From Gemmata obscuriglobus (lineage in GTDB: Bacteria; Planctomycetota; Planctomycetia; Gemmatales; Gemmataceae): 32,000 bases of DNA. Below the pieces are notes generated by a model that was not told the origin of the DNA, made no database searches, and saw only the letters and a program-made list of their open reading frames with translations. The stretch covers positions 2,190,001 through 2,222,000 of the forward strand of contig NZ_CP042911.1 of the NCBI RefSeq assembly GCF_008065095.1, read 5' to 3'. Shown one piece after another: positions 1 through 9,940 of this stretch. Position 1 is the stretch's first letter. Every line of letters starts with the position of its first letter. The position numbers and the translations under genes were made by a program.

Positions 1-915
1 AGCGCGCGCGAGCCCGTCACCGCCCTCAGCGGCATCCCGGCGTGGATGCACGTGCTGTTCACGCGCCTCAAGGAGGTGACCGGTAAGGGCACCATCGCCG
101 AGATCTGGCCCGACTTGCGCTTGATCGTCCACGGCGGTACGAAGTTCGACCCGTACCGCGAGCTGTTCAAGAAGGAGATCGGCAGCGATCTCGTGAAGTT
201 CTGCGAGGTGTACCCGTGCTCCGAGGGGTTCGTCGCGACCGAGGACCCGCGGCACCAGCACCTCCGCATCGTGCCGGATCACGGCATCTTCTTCGAGTTC
301 GTTCCCGTCGGCCAACTGGGGCAGGACCGGCCGACGCGGCACACGCTCGCGGACGTCGAGGTCGGCGTGCAGTACGCGGTGGTGCTGACCTCGTGCGCCG
401 GCGTGTGGTCGTACCTCGTGGGCGACACCGTGGCGTTCGAGCGCCGCGACCCGCCGCTCATCCGCTTCACCGGGCGGACGAAGTACTTCCTCTCGGCGTT
501 CGGCGAGCACCTCATCAGTGAAGAGGTCGAGGCGGCCGTCGCGCGGGCCGCGAGCGTGTGCGGGGCGGTGGCGGTGGACTTCCACGTGGGGCCGGTGTTC
601 CCGTCGGTGCCCGGAAAGGCGGGGCACCACCTGTACCTCGTCGAGTTCGCCGAGGGGCGGCCCGACCTGGCCCGGTTCGCGAAGGAGATCGACGACGAGC
701 TGAACCGCATCAACGAGGACTACGGGCCGCACCGCGTTGGCGACCTCGCGATGCTGATGCCCGAGGTGCGGGTGGTGAAGCCGGGCGGTTTTGCGGAATG
801 GATGAAGGCCCGCGGGAAGTACGGCGGGCAGAACAAAGTGCCGCGCATGGACAACAGCGGCGCCATGACGAAAGACATGGCTAACTGGTTCGAGAGCAAC
901 GGCTGGGCGGGTTGA
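1..915 (+). CDS. GH3 (auxin-responsive-promoter-like) family adenylate-forming enzyme, C-terminal part; 5' end lies upstream of the window
   Basis: Frame 1 is open from base 1, with no stop before the listed Met at 46; stop TGA at 913-915. The translation (..GIPAWMHVLFTRL.., ..IVHGGTKF.., ..GGQNKVPRM..) resembles bacterial GH3-family proteins as I remember them. Confidence 0.65.
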   Translation, partial: SAREPVTALSGIPAWMHVLFTRLKEVTGKGTIAEIWPDLRLIVHGGTKFDPYRELFKKEIGSDLVKFCEVYPCSEGFVATEDPRHQHLRIVPDHGIFFEFVPVGQLGQDRPTRHTLADVEVGVQYAVVLTSCAGVWSYLVGDTVAFERRDPPLIRFTGRTKYFLSAFGEHLISEEVEAAVARAASVCGAVAVDFHVGPVFPSVPGKAGHHLYLVEFAEGRPDLARFAKEIDDELNRINEDYGPHRVGDLAMLMPEVRVVKPGGFAEWMKARGKYGGQNKVPRMDNSGAMTKDMANWFESNGWAG

Positions 916-975
916 GTACGAATCCGAGCGGCCGGCGCGGCGCGGGCCGCCAACCTCACGACTGCACGAAATGCG

Positions 976-1881
976 ATGCGCGCACACACACCGTTCGTCG
1001 GATTGGTTCCCGCGGTCCTCACGCCGTTCGACGCGGGCGGCGCCCTCAACCTGTCCGCGGTGGGACCGCAGGCGGAGCGGCTCGCCCGCGACGGCGTCGC
1101 GGGGGTGTTCGTCGGCGGCACCACCGGGGAGTTCTCGTCGCTCACGCAGGGCGAGCGGCTCGCGCTGGCGGAGCGCTGGGCGGCGGTCGTGAAGGGGAGC
1201 CCGACGCGGCTGGTGGTTCACGTCGGGGCGAACTGCCTGGCGGACGCGAAGCAGCTCGCGGCGCAGGCGGACGCGCTCGGGGCCGACGCGATCTCGGCGG
1301 TCGCGCCCAGCTACTTCAAGCCGAAGTCGGTGGACGTGCTGGTTCAGTGGTGTGCGGAGCTGGCGGCGGCGGCGCCGAACACGCCGTTCTACTTCTACGA
1401 CATCCCGGTGCTCACCGGGGTCGCGCTCCCGATGGTCGATTTCCTCGATCAGGCCGCGGAGCGGGTCCCGACGCTCCGCGGGGTGAAGTTCACCAACCCC
1501 GACCTGATGACGTTCCAGCGGCTGCTGCGGGCGGGCGGCGGGCGGTTCGACGTGCTGTTCGGGATGGACGAGCAGTTGCTCACGGCGGTGGTGCTGGGCG
1601 CGCAGGGCGCGGTCGGCAGCGGGTACAACTTCGCGGCGCCGCTCTACAACCGGCTGCTGGCGGCCGCCCGCGCGAACGACTTCGCGACCGCCCGCGCGGA
1701 GCAGTACCGGGGCGTGGAAGTGGTCGCGGTGCTCATGCGCTACGGGTATCTGGCCGCCGCAAAGGAGCTGCTCCGCCTGCGCGGCCTCGACCTCGGCTCG
1801 GTCCGGTTGCCGCACGTCCCGCTGACGCCGGACCAGGCCGCGAGCCTGCGCCGCGACCTCGAATCGCTGAGCGCTCTGTAA
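976..1881 (+). CDS. Dihydrodipicolinate synthase / N-acetylneuraminate lyase (DapA/NanA) family class I aldolase
   Basis: 301-aa ORF. It has the family-typical GGTTGEF motif (VFVGGTTGEFSSLT) and a Schiff-base lysine context (LRGVKFT). Substrate cannot be assigned from sequence. Confidence 0.8.
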   Translation: MRAHTPFVGLVPAVLTPFDAGGALNLSAVGPQAERLARDGVAGVFVGGTTGEFSSLTQGERLALAERWAAVVKGSPTRLVVHVGANCLADAKQLAAQADALGADAISAVAPSYFKPKSVDVLVQWCAELAAAAPNTPFYFYDIPVLTGVALPMVDFLDQAAERVPTLRGVKFTNPDLMTFQRLLRAGGGRFDVLFGMDEQLLTAVVLGAQGAVGSGYNFAAPLYNRLLAAARANDFATARAEQYRGVEVVAVLMRYGYLAAAKELLRLRGLDLGSVRLPHVPLTPDQAASLRRDLESLSAL

Positions 1882-2022
1882 CGGCCGGGGCCGTGGGCGC
1901 CGCCGCGCGGCTCCAGAACGGGCAGTCGCCGCGGGTTCCGCTGTTTACCGGCGCGAATGTGTGAGCTATAGTTTACACTTAACACGGGCCACTAGCCCGG
2001 CCCGTTCTTACGGAAGTCTGGC

Positions 2023-2769
2023 GTGAAGGCGATCATCAGCGACATCCACGGCAACATGGAAGCCCTCCAGGCCGTGCTCGCGGACATCAAGGCCCAGGGC
2101 ATTCGCGAGGTGTACTGCCTCGGCGACGTGGTCGGCTACGGCCCGAACCCGCGCGAGTGCATCGACCTCGTGATGGACTGCAAGCTGGTGCTGCTGGGCA
2201 ACCACGACCAGGGCGCGATGTTCGACCCCGACGGGTTCAACCAGTCGGCCGAGCGCGCCATCTTCTGGACCCGCGGGCAACTGGAGTCGCCCGCCGAGCC
2301 CCGGCCGCTGCGCGAGAAGCGCTGGGAGTTCCTGTCGGAGCGGCCCCGGAGCCACCGCGAAAACGGGTACCTCTTCGTTCACGGCTCGGCCCGCAACCCG
2401 CTCAACGAGTACGTGTTCCCGGAAGACGTGTACAACCAGCGGAAGATGGAGCGCATCTTCGCCCTCGTCGACCGGTACTGTTTTCAGGGCCACACGCACG
2501 TTCCGGGCATTTTCACCGAGAGCATGCAGTTCCTCAGCCCGGAAGAGGTCGAGTTCGCGCACAAGCTCGACGGCCGCAAGACGCTCTGCAACGTCGGGTC
2601 GGTGGGTCAGCCGCGCGACGGCAACTGGCGGGCGTGCTACGTGGTGCTCGACGGCGACGTGATCCGGTTCCGCCGGGTCGAGTACGACTGGCAGAAGACC
2701 CGCGACAAGATCTACGACATCCCGGACCTCGACAACTTCCTCGGCGACCGGCTCGGGGAAGGGCGGTAG
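2023..2769 (+). CDS. Metallophosphoesterase (calcineurin-like phosphoesterase family)
   Basis: GTG start. Metal-binding motifs appear in the canonical order: SDIHGN, GDVVGYG, GNHD, then later HGS and GHTH. Confidence 0.85.
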   Translation: MKAIISDIHGNMEALQAVLADIKAQGIREVYCLGDVVGYGPNPRECIDLVMDCKLVLLGNHDQGAMFDPDGFNQSAERAIFWTRGQLESPAEPRPLREKRWEFLSERPRSHRENGYLFVHGSARNPLNEYVFPEDVYNQRKMERIFALVDRYCFQGHTHVPGIFTESMQFLSPEEVEFAHKLDGRKTLCNVGSVGQPRDGNWRACYVVLDGDVIRFRRVEYDWQKTRDKIYDIPDLDNFLGDRLGEGR

Positions 2770-2839
2770 CGGCCCTGGCGCGGGTGGCGGTAGCGCCACC
2801 CGCGGGCGAAAGTTCCGCCCCGCGCCGGCGAATCACACT

Positions 2840-2881
2840 GCAGCCCACGGACGGCCGCCGTCCGTGGGCTGCTCCGTTTCG
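2840..2881 (+). terminator. Intrinsic terminator-like hairpin after the metallophosphoesterase gene
   Basis: Perfect 15-bp stem GCAGCCCACGGACGG (2840-2854) / CCGTCCGTGGGCTGC (2858-2872) with a 3-nt loop, followed by TCCGTTTCG. A second perfect 11-bp hairpin (2779-2789 / 2794-2804) lies just upstream. Confidence 0.6.
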
Positions 2882-2925
2882 TAAGATACTCTCCTGATCG
2901 GCCACCGCCCCGGTATCTGGCACTC

Positions 2926-5463
2926 ATGCGCAAGAACGTCTTAAACGTCATCGTCTTCCTGTTCCTCGCGGCGGGCCTGTTCTTCCTGTGGCGTTACGCC
3001 GAGGAGAACTTGATGCCCAAGCCCGTTCCGCAGAAGGACCCGGCCGAGAAAATGGCCGAAAATCTGCAAAAGCAGGCCGAGGAACAGGCCAAGCGGCAGG
3101 CCGAGGAGGAAGAGAAACGCAAGCTCCTCGCCGCGACCGGCGGCGGCCTCGCGGTCGGCACCGAGCTGCCGAAGCCGAAGCCGCCCGAGCCGCCGAAGGC
3201 CCCGCCGCTGACGGTCGCGGGCGTCGAACCGCGGGCCATCCACAACGCGATCGTCGCGGGCATATTCGACGCGGCGAGCCGGCCGACGCTGATCGCGCTC
3301 GGCGACGACACGTTCTACAACCAAGTGCTGCTCACCACCCGCGGCGGCGGCGTGCAGCAGGTGCTGCTCCCGAAGTTCGGTCAGGCCGACCGGCTCGGTC
3401 GTGAGGTCAAGGCCCGGGACAAGGACGGGAACCCCACGGCTGCGTCTCTACCGCTCCACCTGATCCCGGGCACCTACCACCCCCGCGCGAAGCACCTCCG
3501 CGAGGACTACCAGCCGCCGGACCTGGTCGCCGGCCCGGTTGCGAACCCGGCGGCGCTGGCCGAGCCGTGTTTCACCGTGTTCCACTACCCGACCCCGGAC
3601 GACAACAACCCGGACCCGTTGCTGGGCGAGACCAACTGGACCGTGGTGTCCGAAAAGCGGCCCGCCGACGGCCCGCACGAAGTCGTGTTCGAGAAGGAGT
3701 TGGGCGAGCCGTACTTCGTGAAGATCCGCAAGACGTACACGCTCGCGCGCACGGACTACCACATCGGGCTGCACGTCGGGATCGAGAAGCTGAAGGTGCC
3801 CGGCGCGGCGAAGGGCAAGGGGCAACTGAAGTACCAGCTCTCCGGCCCGCGCGGGCTGCCGATCGAGGGCGAGTGGTACACCAGCACGTACCGCGTGGCG
3901 ATCGTCGGCTGGCGCGAGCGCAACGGCACGCTCCGGCGCCAGTACGAGGACGCGGCGTCGATCGGGAGCAAGCGCGGCGGCGAGAAGGCCCGGCGCGAGG
4001 ACAACACGTTCCACTACATGGCGGTCGCGAACCAGTTCTTCGCCTCCGCCGTCGCCATCGATTACTCGGCGGACGAGGCGAAGAAGACGCACCCGTGGTC
4101 CTACGTGCGGGCCACCACCGAGCTGCCGCTCGACAAAAAGCAAGACCCGCAGATGCCCAACTTCGACGACATCACGGTGCGGGCCGCGTCCGAGACGATC
4201 GACCTCGAGCCGGGCCAGTCCACCGCCCACCGCTACTTCATTTACAACGGGCCGGCGAAGGTCGGGCTGCTCAAGCTCCTGCCGAAGGTCGAGGTTAATG
4301 GGCAGAAGGTGCCGGCCGTCCGCGAGGAGCTGGTGGACCAGTACAAGGACACGATGATGATGTCCTCGATCACCGATTTCCGGTCGGACACGGCGATCGG
4401 GCGGTTCGCGAGCTTCATCTTCTGGACCGACCTCGTCATCGCGATGACGAACCTGATGCACATCCTGCTCGCGGCCATTCACTCCGTACTGGGGCACTGG
4501 GCGCTGTCCATCGTCATGCTCACGGTGTGCGTGCGGCTGGTGCTGATGTACCCGAGCCGCAAGCAGACCGCGATGAGCATGAAGATGATGGAGGTGCAGA
4601 AGCGGCTCCAGCCGGAGTTCGAGAAGCTCCAGGAGAAGTACAAGGACGACTTCAACACCTACAACCGCGAGAAGACGCGGCTGATGATGGCGAACGGTGC
4701 CAACCCGTTCGCGATGGCCGGCGGGTGCCTGCTCCTGTTCGCGCAGATGCCGGTGATGATGGGGCTGTACTTCTGCCTCCAGGAGAGCATCTTCTTCCGG
4801 CTCGACTCGTTCCTGTGGATCGACAACCTGGCCGCCCCGGACATGCTCAAGTGGTGGACGGAGCAGATCCCGTATGTCAGCACCCCGGACGACATCGGCA
4901 GCTTCATCTACCTGGGGCCGTACTTCAACCTGCTGCCGCTGCTGGCGGTCGGGCTGATGCTGTTCCAGCAGTCCAAGATGATGCCGCCCGCGACCGACCC
5001 GCAGGCCGAGCAGCAGCGGATGATGATGAAGCTGATGATGATCATGATGGCCGTCTTCTTCTACAAGGTGGCGGCGGGGCTGGCCCTGTACTTCATCGTC
5101 AGCACCGCGTGGGCGATCATCGAGCGCCAGTTGATCCCCAAGCCGGTGATCGACACGTCGAGCCCGGCGCCGGCGACCGGAGCCAAAGTCGCCGCTCCCA
5201 CCGGCACCGCGGGCGGCGGTAAGATGACGACCGAGGAGGCGCTGGCCGCCGCCAAGGCGAAGAACAAGGGGTTCCTGACGCGGCTGCGGGAAGCCCTTCA
5301 GGCGAAGATGGAAGAGATGCAGCGCCAGGCCGACGAGCAGGCCAAGCGGCAGATCCGCAACGGCCGACCCGGTGATGGGCCGAACCCGCCGCCAGGGACC
5401 GGGACCGACGGCCCGCAGCCCGACGGTCGCCGCGACAAGAAGAACCGCCGGCGCAAGAAGTGA
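2926..5463 (+). CDS. yidC: Membrane protein insertase YidC (long form, 845 aa)
   Basis: N-terminal TM helix, a large periplasmic-type domain, then a multi-TM YidC/Oxa1 core (..[24 protein letters not shown].., ..[18 protein letters not shown]..) and a highly basic C-terminal tail ([11 protein letters not shown]). Confidence 0.9.
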   Translation: MRKNVLNVIVFLFLAAGLFFLWRYAEENLMPKPVPQKDPAEKMAENLQKQAEEQAKRQAEEEEKRKLLAATGGGLAVGTELPKPKPPEPPKAPPLTVAGVEPRAIHNAIVAGIFDAASRPTLIALGDDTFYNQVLLTTRGGGVQQVLLPKFGQADRLGREVKARDKDGNPTAASLPLHLIPGTYHPRAKHLREDYQPPDLVAGPVANPAALAEPCFTVFHYPTPDDNNPDPLLGETNWTVVSEKRPADGPHEVVFEKELGEPYFVKIRKTYTLARTDYHIGLHVGIEKLKVPGAAKGKGQLKYQLSGPRGLPIEGEWYTSTYRVAIVGWRERNGTLRRQYEDAASIGSKRGGEKARREDNTFHYMAVANQFFASAVAIDYSADEAKKTHPWSYVRATTELPLDKKQDPQMPNFDDITVRAASETIDLEPGQSTAHRYFIYNGPAKVGLLKLLPKVEVNGQKVPAVREELVDQYKDTMMMSSITDFRSDTAIGRFASFIFWTDLVIAMTNLMHILLAAIHSVLGHWALSIVMLTVCVRLVLMYPSRKQTAMSMKMMEVQKRLQPEFEKLQEKYKDDFNTYNREKTRLMMANGANPFAMAGGCLLLFAQMPVMMGLYFCLQESIFFRLDSFLWIDNLAAPDMLKWWTEQIPYVSTPDDIGSFIYLGPYFNLLPLLAVGLMLFQQSKMMPPATDPQAEQQRMMMKLMMIMMAVFFYKVAAGLALYFIVSTAWAIIERQLIPKPVIDTSSPAPATGAKVAAPTGTAGGGKMTTEEALAAAKAKNKGFLTRLREALQAKMEEMQRQADEQAKRQIRNGRPGDGPNPPPGTGTDGPQPDGRRDKKNRRRKK

Positions 5464-5488
5464 TTGCCATAGCCGCTTTCGTCACCCC

Positions 5489-5519
5489 GGGGGCGGGTGG
5501 GCTCGTCCCACCCGCCCCC
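5489..5519 (+). terminator. GC-rich hairpin between yidC and the PfpI-family gene (terminator or attenuating structure)
   Basis: Perfect 13-bp stem GGGGGCGGGTGGG / CCCACCCGCCCCC with loop CTCGT. It starts 26 nt after the yidC stop and ends 19 nt before the next ATG. There is no U tract. Confidence 0.4.
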
Positions 5520-5537
5520 GAACACACTGAGCCGGTC

Positions 5538-6116
<579 letters not shown>

Positions 6117-6122
6117 ACGAAC

Positions 6123-6151
6123 GATGCGGCGGGCATGCGCCCCGCCGCATC
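6123..6151. terminator. Bidirectional hairpin between convergent genes (PfpI-family gene on +, barrel gene on -)
   Basis: Perfect 11-bp stem GATGCGGCGGG / CCCGCCGCATC with a 7-nt loop, centred in the 83-nt convergent spacer. Confidence 0.5.
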
Positions 6152-6199
6152 ACGATTCACACTTTCGGAATGCACACCTCGGCCGTCACACCACTCCGA

Positions 6200-7258
6200 T
6201 CAATAGCGGCCGATCAGTTCGACCGTGAGCCGCTGGTTGATGATGTCGTTGCGGCTCGTCAGCGGGAACTCGAGCGCGAAGCCGACCGTGTACTTGTTGG
6301 TGAGCACCGCCTTGGCACCGAGCGCGGCGGTCACGAGGTGCGCCCCGGCCTGCCCGCGGGTACCCAGGTTCAGCAGCCCGTCGCCCTCGCCGAACACCGG
6401 GGGCAGACGGTTGCCGCCGCTCGTGTACCAGAACCAGTTCAGCTCCGCCAGCGGGTAGAACCAGCCGAACAGTTGCTTGTCCACGTGGAAGCTGTTCCAG
6501 ATGTAGCTCGAGCCCTGCGAGCTCTTCAGCGGGAAATAGTACCCGGTGGTTTGCAGGTAGTGCCACTTGTTGCCGAACTCTTTGCCGTAGGTGACGAACG
6601 GGGCGAACGAGCCCGACCCCTGGTTCTGCTGCACCTTCGCCTCGCCGCTGGGGATCTCGTATAGGAACCCGAACGCGGCCAGGGTCTGGTTCTCCACGTC
6701 GCGGTAGAAGGTGTACTTGAGCCCGGCCGCCAAGTTCAGGAACCCGGTCGTCGAGGGGCCGTTGCGGGGCGAGATGTGCGCGAGCCCGTCCTTGTCGGCG
6801 ATGATGCTGAGCCGCTCGGTGACGGCGAGGTTCATTTGCAGCGCGTACGCCTGAATGTTGCCGTCGAGCGGGTGACCGCCCGGGACGTTGTTGTTGATGA
6901 ACAGTATTCGCGCGTGCGAGTTCGACCGCGGGTCCTTGTTCAGGATGGGGTTGGACACCGGGCCGACGAAGTCGTCGAACTCGTGGTCGCTCTGGAACAG
7001 CCGGCGCACCGGCTTGGTGCATTCGTCGGACAGTGCCGGGACTGTGCCGACCGGGGGGGGGTAGCCGGGGGCGGCGTATCCCGGCCCCGGGGGTGGGGCA
7101 GCTACCGCGGTTCCGGAGTAGCCCTGCGCGGGCGGAGCCGCGTCTGCGTACCCCGAGATCGGGAGCGTCTGGTAGCCCTGCGCGGGCGGTTGTTGGTAGG
7201 CCGGGTCGGCGCCGACCGAACCGGCGGCGAGCAGGGCGCTGAGCGCGAGGGTGTTCAT
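6200..7258 (-). CDS. Putative outer-membrane beta-barrel protein with Pro/Gly/Tyr-rich N-terminal linker
   Basis: Start set at MNTLALSALLAAGSVGA (signal-peptide-like; CAT at 7256-7258 on +). A low-complexity PAQGY/PGYPPP region follows. After that come alternating amphipathic Tyr/Gly-rich strands and a C-terminal aromatic residue (..VELIGRY), as in barrel proteins. The family is not identified. Confidence 0.6.
   Translation of the reverse strand: MNTLALSALLAAGSVGADPAYQQPPAQGYQTLPISGYADAAPPAQGYSGTAVAAPPPGPGYAAPGYPPPVGTVPALSDECTKPVRRLFQSDHEFDDFVGPVSNPILNKDPRSNSHARILFINNNVPGGHPLDGNIQAYALQMNLAVTERLSIIADKDGLAHISPRNGPSTTGFLNLAAGLKYTFYRDVENQTLAAFGFLYEIPSGEAKVQQNQGSGSFAPFVTYGKEFGNKWHYLQTTGYYFPLKSSQGSSYIWNSFHVDKQLFGWFYPLAELNWFWYTSGGNRLPPVFGEGDGLLNLGTRGQAGAHLVTAALGAKAVLTNKYTVGFALEFPLTSRNDIINQRLTVELIGRY
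7053..7061 (-). repeat. Homopolymeric G9 (C9 on the coding strand) inside the barrel-protein ORF
   Basis: Read directly as ccGGGGGGGGGt. It encodes the PPP of ..GYPPPVG... Confidence 0.95.
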
Positions 7259-7444
7259 CCGTGAGTTCCGATTGGAGTAACCGTCAGGCGACCGTGCGCG
7301 ACGGCAGCGGGGCGAGTCCGTGCCCCGTGTAAGGAATATCGGAGCTGCTTGTCGGGAAGTGAGGGGGGAAACGCGTTGTGGCAGATCGAAGACGTGTGCC
7401 GTGAATCGGCTGTACGGGCTGTGAGGCCGGTGATGATTTGGCAC

Positions 7445-7503
7445 AGTGCCGCATACGGCGATTGCTGTGCGGATCTGGCACAGCAATCGCCGTGTGCGGC
7501 ACT
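7445..7503 (-). terminator. Long hairpin immediately downstream of metG
   Basis: 26-nt arms (7445-7470 / 7478-7503) with one non-Watson-Crick position and a 7-nt loop GGATCTG. It begins 6 nt after the metG stop. There is no clear U tract on the minus strand. Confidence 0.55.
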
Positions 7504-7508
7504 CCCAC

Positions 7509-9068
7509 TCAGCCGATGCGCGGGAACAGCGGCTTCAGCTTACCGTCGATCAGTTCGGCAGTGATGCGCAGGTCGTCAGCCTGGGCCTTTAATTCGGCAG
7601 CATCGGCGTATTTCACCTCCGCCCACGGCGTCGGGAAGTTGAAACTCGTGTAGATCGCCTCCGCACTCTTGGGGATGAACGGCTTCAACAGGATGCTGGC
7701 GATGCGGAGCGACTGCACCGCGTTGAACAGCACCTTCTTGGCCGCGTCCTTGTCGGTCTTCACGAGCTTCCAGGGGGCGTTGGCTTCGAGGTACTGGTTC
7801 GTCGGCGTGAGGAAGTCCTGAACGATCTTCTGAAGCGCCAGGTTGTACCGGCACGCCTCGACGTGCTCCCGCACCTCGCCCACGAACAACTTCAGGTCGA
7901 GACCCGGAACCACGGGATCGGGCGTCACCCCCGCGGTCCCGGTGAACACCCCCTCGAAGTTTTTGAAGGTGATCGTGAGCTCGCGCGACAGCATGTTCCC
8001 GAGGTTGTTCGCCAACTCGGAGTTGTAGACCTCTTCGTACCGCTGCCCGCTGTAGTCGCCGTCGGACGGGAACGGGCACTCGCGCATGAAGTAGTAGCGG
8101 TACGCGTCCGCGTTCGACTTCGCGATGATCTCCATCGGGTCAACAATGTTGCCGAGGGTTTTGCCCATCTTCTGGCCGTTGTTGTTCACGAACCCGTGGG
8201 AGAACACCTTGCGCGGCGCTTCCTCGCCCGCGGCCCAGAGCATCGCGGGCCAGATGTGCGTGTGGAACCGCGTGATGTCCTTGCCGATGAAGTGAACGTC
8301 CGCGGGCCAGTGCTTGCGGAACGTCGCCTCGTCGTCGCCGTAGCCGATGCCGGTGATGTACGTCAGCAGCGCGTCGAACCAGACGTAGATGGTGAACTCC
8401 GGGTCGAACGGGAGCTTGATGCCCCACTCCTCGCCGTGCCGCGAGATGTTGAGGTCTTGCAGCCCTTCGGCCTCAATGAACCCGATCATCTCGTTTCGCC
8501 GGCTCTCCGGCTGCACGAACTCGGGGTTACCCTTCAGGTGCTCCAGCAGCCGATCTTTGAACGCCGACAGCTTGAAGAACCAGCACGGCTCGGACCGGCG
8601 CACGAGCGGGCGCTTGTGGTTCGGGCACAGCCCGCCGCTCTCCGCGTGGACCTTGTCGCTCTTGAACTCCTCGCACCCGGGGCAATACCAGCCCTCGTAG
8701 CTGCCCTTGTAAATGTAGCCGTTGTCGTACACCTTCTGGACGAACTTGCGGCAGCACTGCTTGTGCCGCTCGTGGCTCGTCTGGACGAAGGTATCGTAGC
8801 TGATGTCGAGGGCGTCCCACACCTCGCGGAACTGACGGGCCATGTCGTCGCAGTACGCCTGCGGCTCCTGCCCGAGCGACTTGGCGCGGTCGGCGACCTT
8901 GAGGGTGTTCTCGTCGTTGCCCATCAGGAAGAAGACGTCGTACCCCTCCATCCGCCGGTACCGGGCCTGCACGTCCGCGCCGAGCTTCTCGAACGCGGTG
9001 CCGATGTGCGGCCGGCTGTTCGGGTAGTCGATGGCGGTGGTCTGGAACCAGCGGGGCTTGTCGGTCAC
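7509..9068 (-). CDS. metG: Methionine--tRNA ligase
   Basis: GTG start preceded by GGGAGA. The HIGH-type motif is present (NSRPHIGTAF), as is the KMSKS-type motif (QKMGKTLGN) and a Cys knuckle (CPGCEEF...CPNH). Overall similarity is to class I MetRS. Confidence 0.9.
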   Translation of the reverse strand: MTDKPRWFQTTAIDYPNSRPHIGTAFEKLGADVQARYRRMEGYDVFFLMGNDENTLKVADRAKSLGQEPQAYCDDMARQFREVWDALDISYDTFVQTSHERHKQCCRKFVQKVYDNGYIYKGSYEGWYCPGCEEFKSDKVHAESGGLCPNHKRPLVRRSEPCWFFKLSAFKDRLLEHLKGNPEFVQPESRRNEMIGFIEAEGLQDLNISRHGEEWGIKLPFDPEFTIYVWFDALLTYITGIGYGDDEATFRKHWPADVHFIGKDITRFHTHIWPAMLWAAGEEAPRKVFSHGFVNNNGQKMGKTLGNIVDPMEIIAKSNADAYRYYFMRECPFPSDGDYSGQRYEEVYNSELANNLGNMLSRELTITFKNFEGVFTGTAGVTPDPVVPGLDLKLFVGEVREHVEACRYNLALQKIVQDFLTPTNQYLEANAPWKLVKTDKDAAKKVLFNAVQSLRIASILLKPFIPKSAEAIYTSFNFPTPWAEVKYADAAELKAQADDLRITAELIDGKLKPLFPRIG

Positions 9069-9143
9069 GGCTCGTCTCCCTGCGTCGCAATCTAGCTGTT
9101 CTACAGACGCGATCGGGGCGGAGCAGGTTCAGAAGGGGGCGGA

Positions 9144-9677
9144 TCAGGGCGGGAAGAACAGGCCCGGGCCGCCGAGGTTCCACTGCTGGCCTTCGAGATG
9201 CAGTTGCCCGGCGTTGGCGAGCAACAGGTGCAACCCGATGAGCACGAAGTACCCGCTGTAAGCCTGGGCCGGGGCCTGGAGCACCTTCGCCACCATCGTC
9301 AGCGGGCCGGACGTGGCCCCCGTGTGCCGGTCCCGCAGTTGCACGTCGAACTCGGCCAGCCGGCACGGGATGTCGATGTTCGCGAACGGATCGCGCCACG
9401 TCAGGAATCGGGTCGCCGGTTCCGCGGGGATCGGCCGGCCGTGCTGGACGCGGGGCACCGGGTTGGGGACGGCGATCGGCCGGAGCGCGGCCCCGATTCC
9501 GATCGCGACCGCCTGGCTGACGACGGACACCGGCGCGCCGGTGTCGAGAAAGGTGTACGGTTGCAGGCCCCGCGCGCCCGCGAGTTCGACCCGCAAGGTC
9601 GGTCGGGTGGCGACGAGCGGACCCCACGAAACCGTCTGGTACTCGATAACGTCCGGCTGAAGGGCGAACCACGGCAT
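9144..9677 (-). CDS. Retropepsin-like (clan AA) aspartic protease domain protein
   Basis: Start set at MPWFALQPDV (CAT at 9675-9677). The catalytic signature is hydrophobic-hydrophobic-D-T-G-A (YTFLDTGAPVSVV), and a later VLIGLHLL segment resembles the retropepsin ILGxDxL element. The 96 codons upstream in the listed ORF are Arg/Gly/Pro-rich and overlap the next gene. Confidence 0.65.
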   Translation of the reverse strand: MPWFALQPDVIEYQTVSWGPLVATRPTLRVELAGARGLQPYTFLDTGAPVSVVSQAVAIGIGAALRPIAVPNPVPRVQHGRPIPAEPATRFLTWRDPFANIDIPCRLAEFDVQLRDRHTGATSGPLTMVAKVLQAPAQAYSGYFVLIGLHLLLANAGQLHLEGQQWNLGGPGLFFPP

Positions 9678-9682
9678 CGGCG

Positions 9683-9940
9683 CTACCACCCGATCCAGGT
9701 GCGGGATTCCATCGTGGCGACCGCGCAGACGACGACGACATCGAGCGCCACGCCCAACCGCTCCGCGCCCGTACGCCGAACGGCCTCCGGGTCCTGGCCG
9801 TGGGCGATCACCTCGCCCTGAAACCGGCCGTTGTGTTGGCGGGCGACCGCGACGACCCAGTTCCCGCCGTAGCGGCCCGCCACATCGGGGTCGTACTGTG
9901 CCCAATCCGCGCCGGCGACTGTCAGGTTGTGTTCGGCCAT
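9683..9940 (-). CDS. Small (85 aa) hypothetical protein, possibly DUF5678-like, co-transcribed with the protease gene
   Basis: Start at MAEHNLTV (CAT at 9938-9940). The stop TAG lies 5 nt before the protease ATG. The segment RYGGNWVVAV..GEVIAHGQDPEAV recalls the 'GKWVAI..G.VV..G.D..E' pattern of DUF5678 (from memory, not verified). Confidence 0.5.
   Translation of the reverse strand: MAEHNLTVAGADWAQYDPDVAGRYGGNWVVAVARQHNGRFQGEVIAHGQDPEAVRRTGAERLGVALDVVVVCAVATMESRTWIGW

Noticed and set aside
912-1964. 350-aa plus-strand ORF overlapping the DapA-family gene in another frame
   Set aside because: The sequence is Arg/Gly/Ala-rich and low-complexity with no motifs. The co-located frame at 976-1881 carries the GTTGE aldolase signature.
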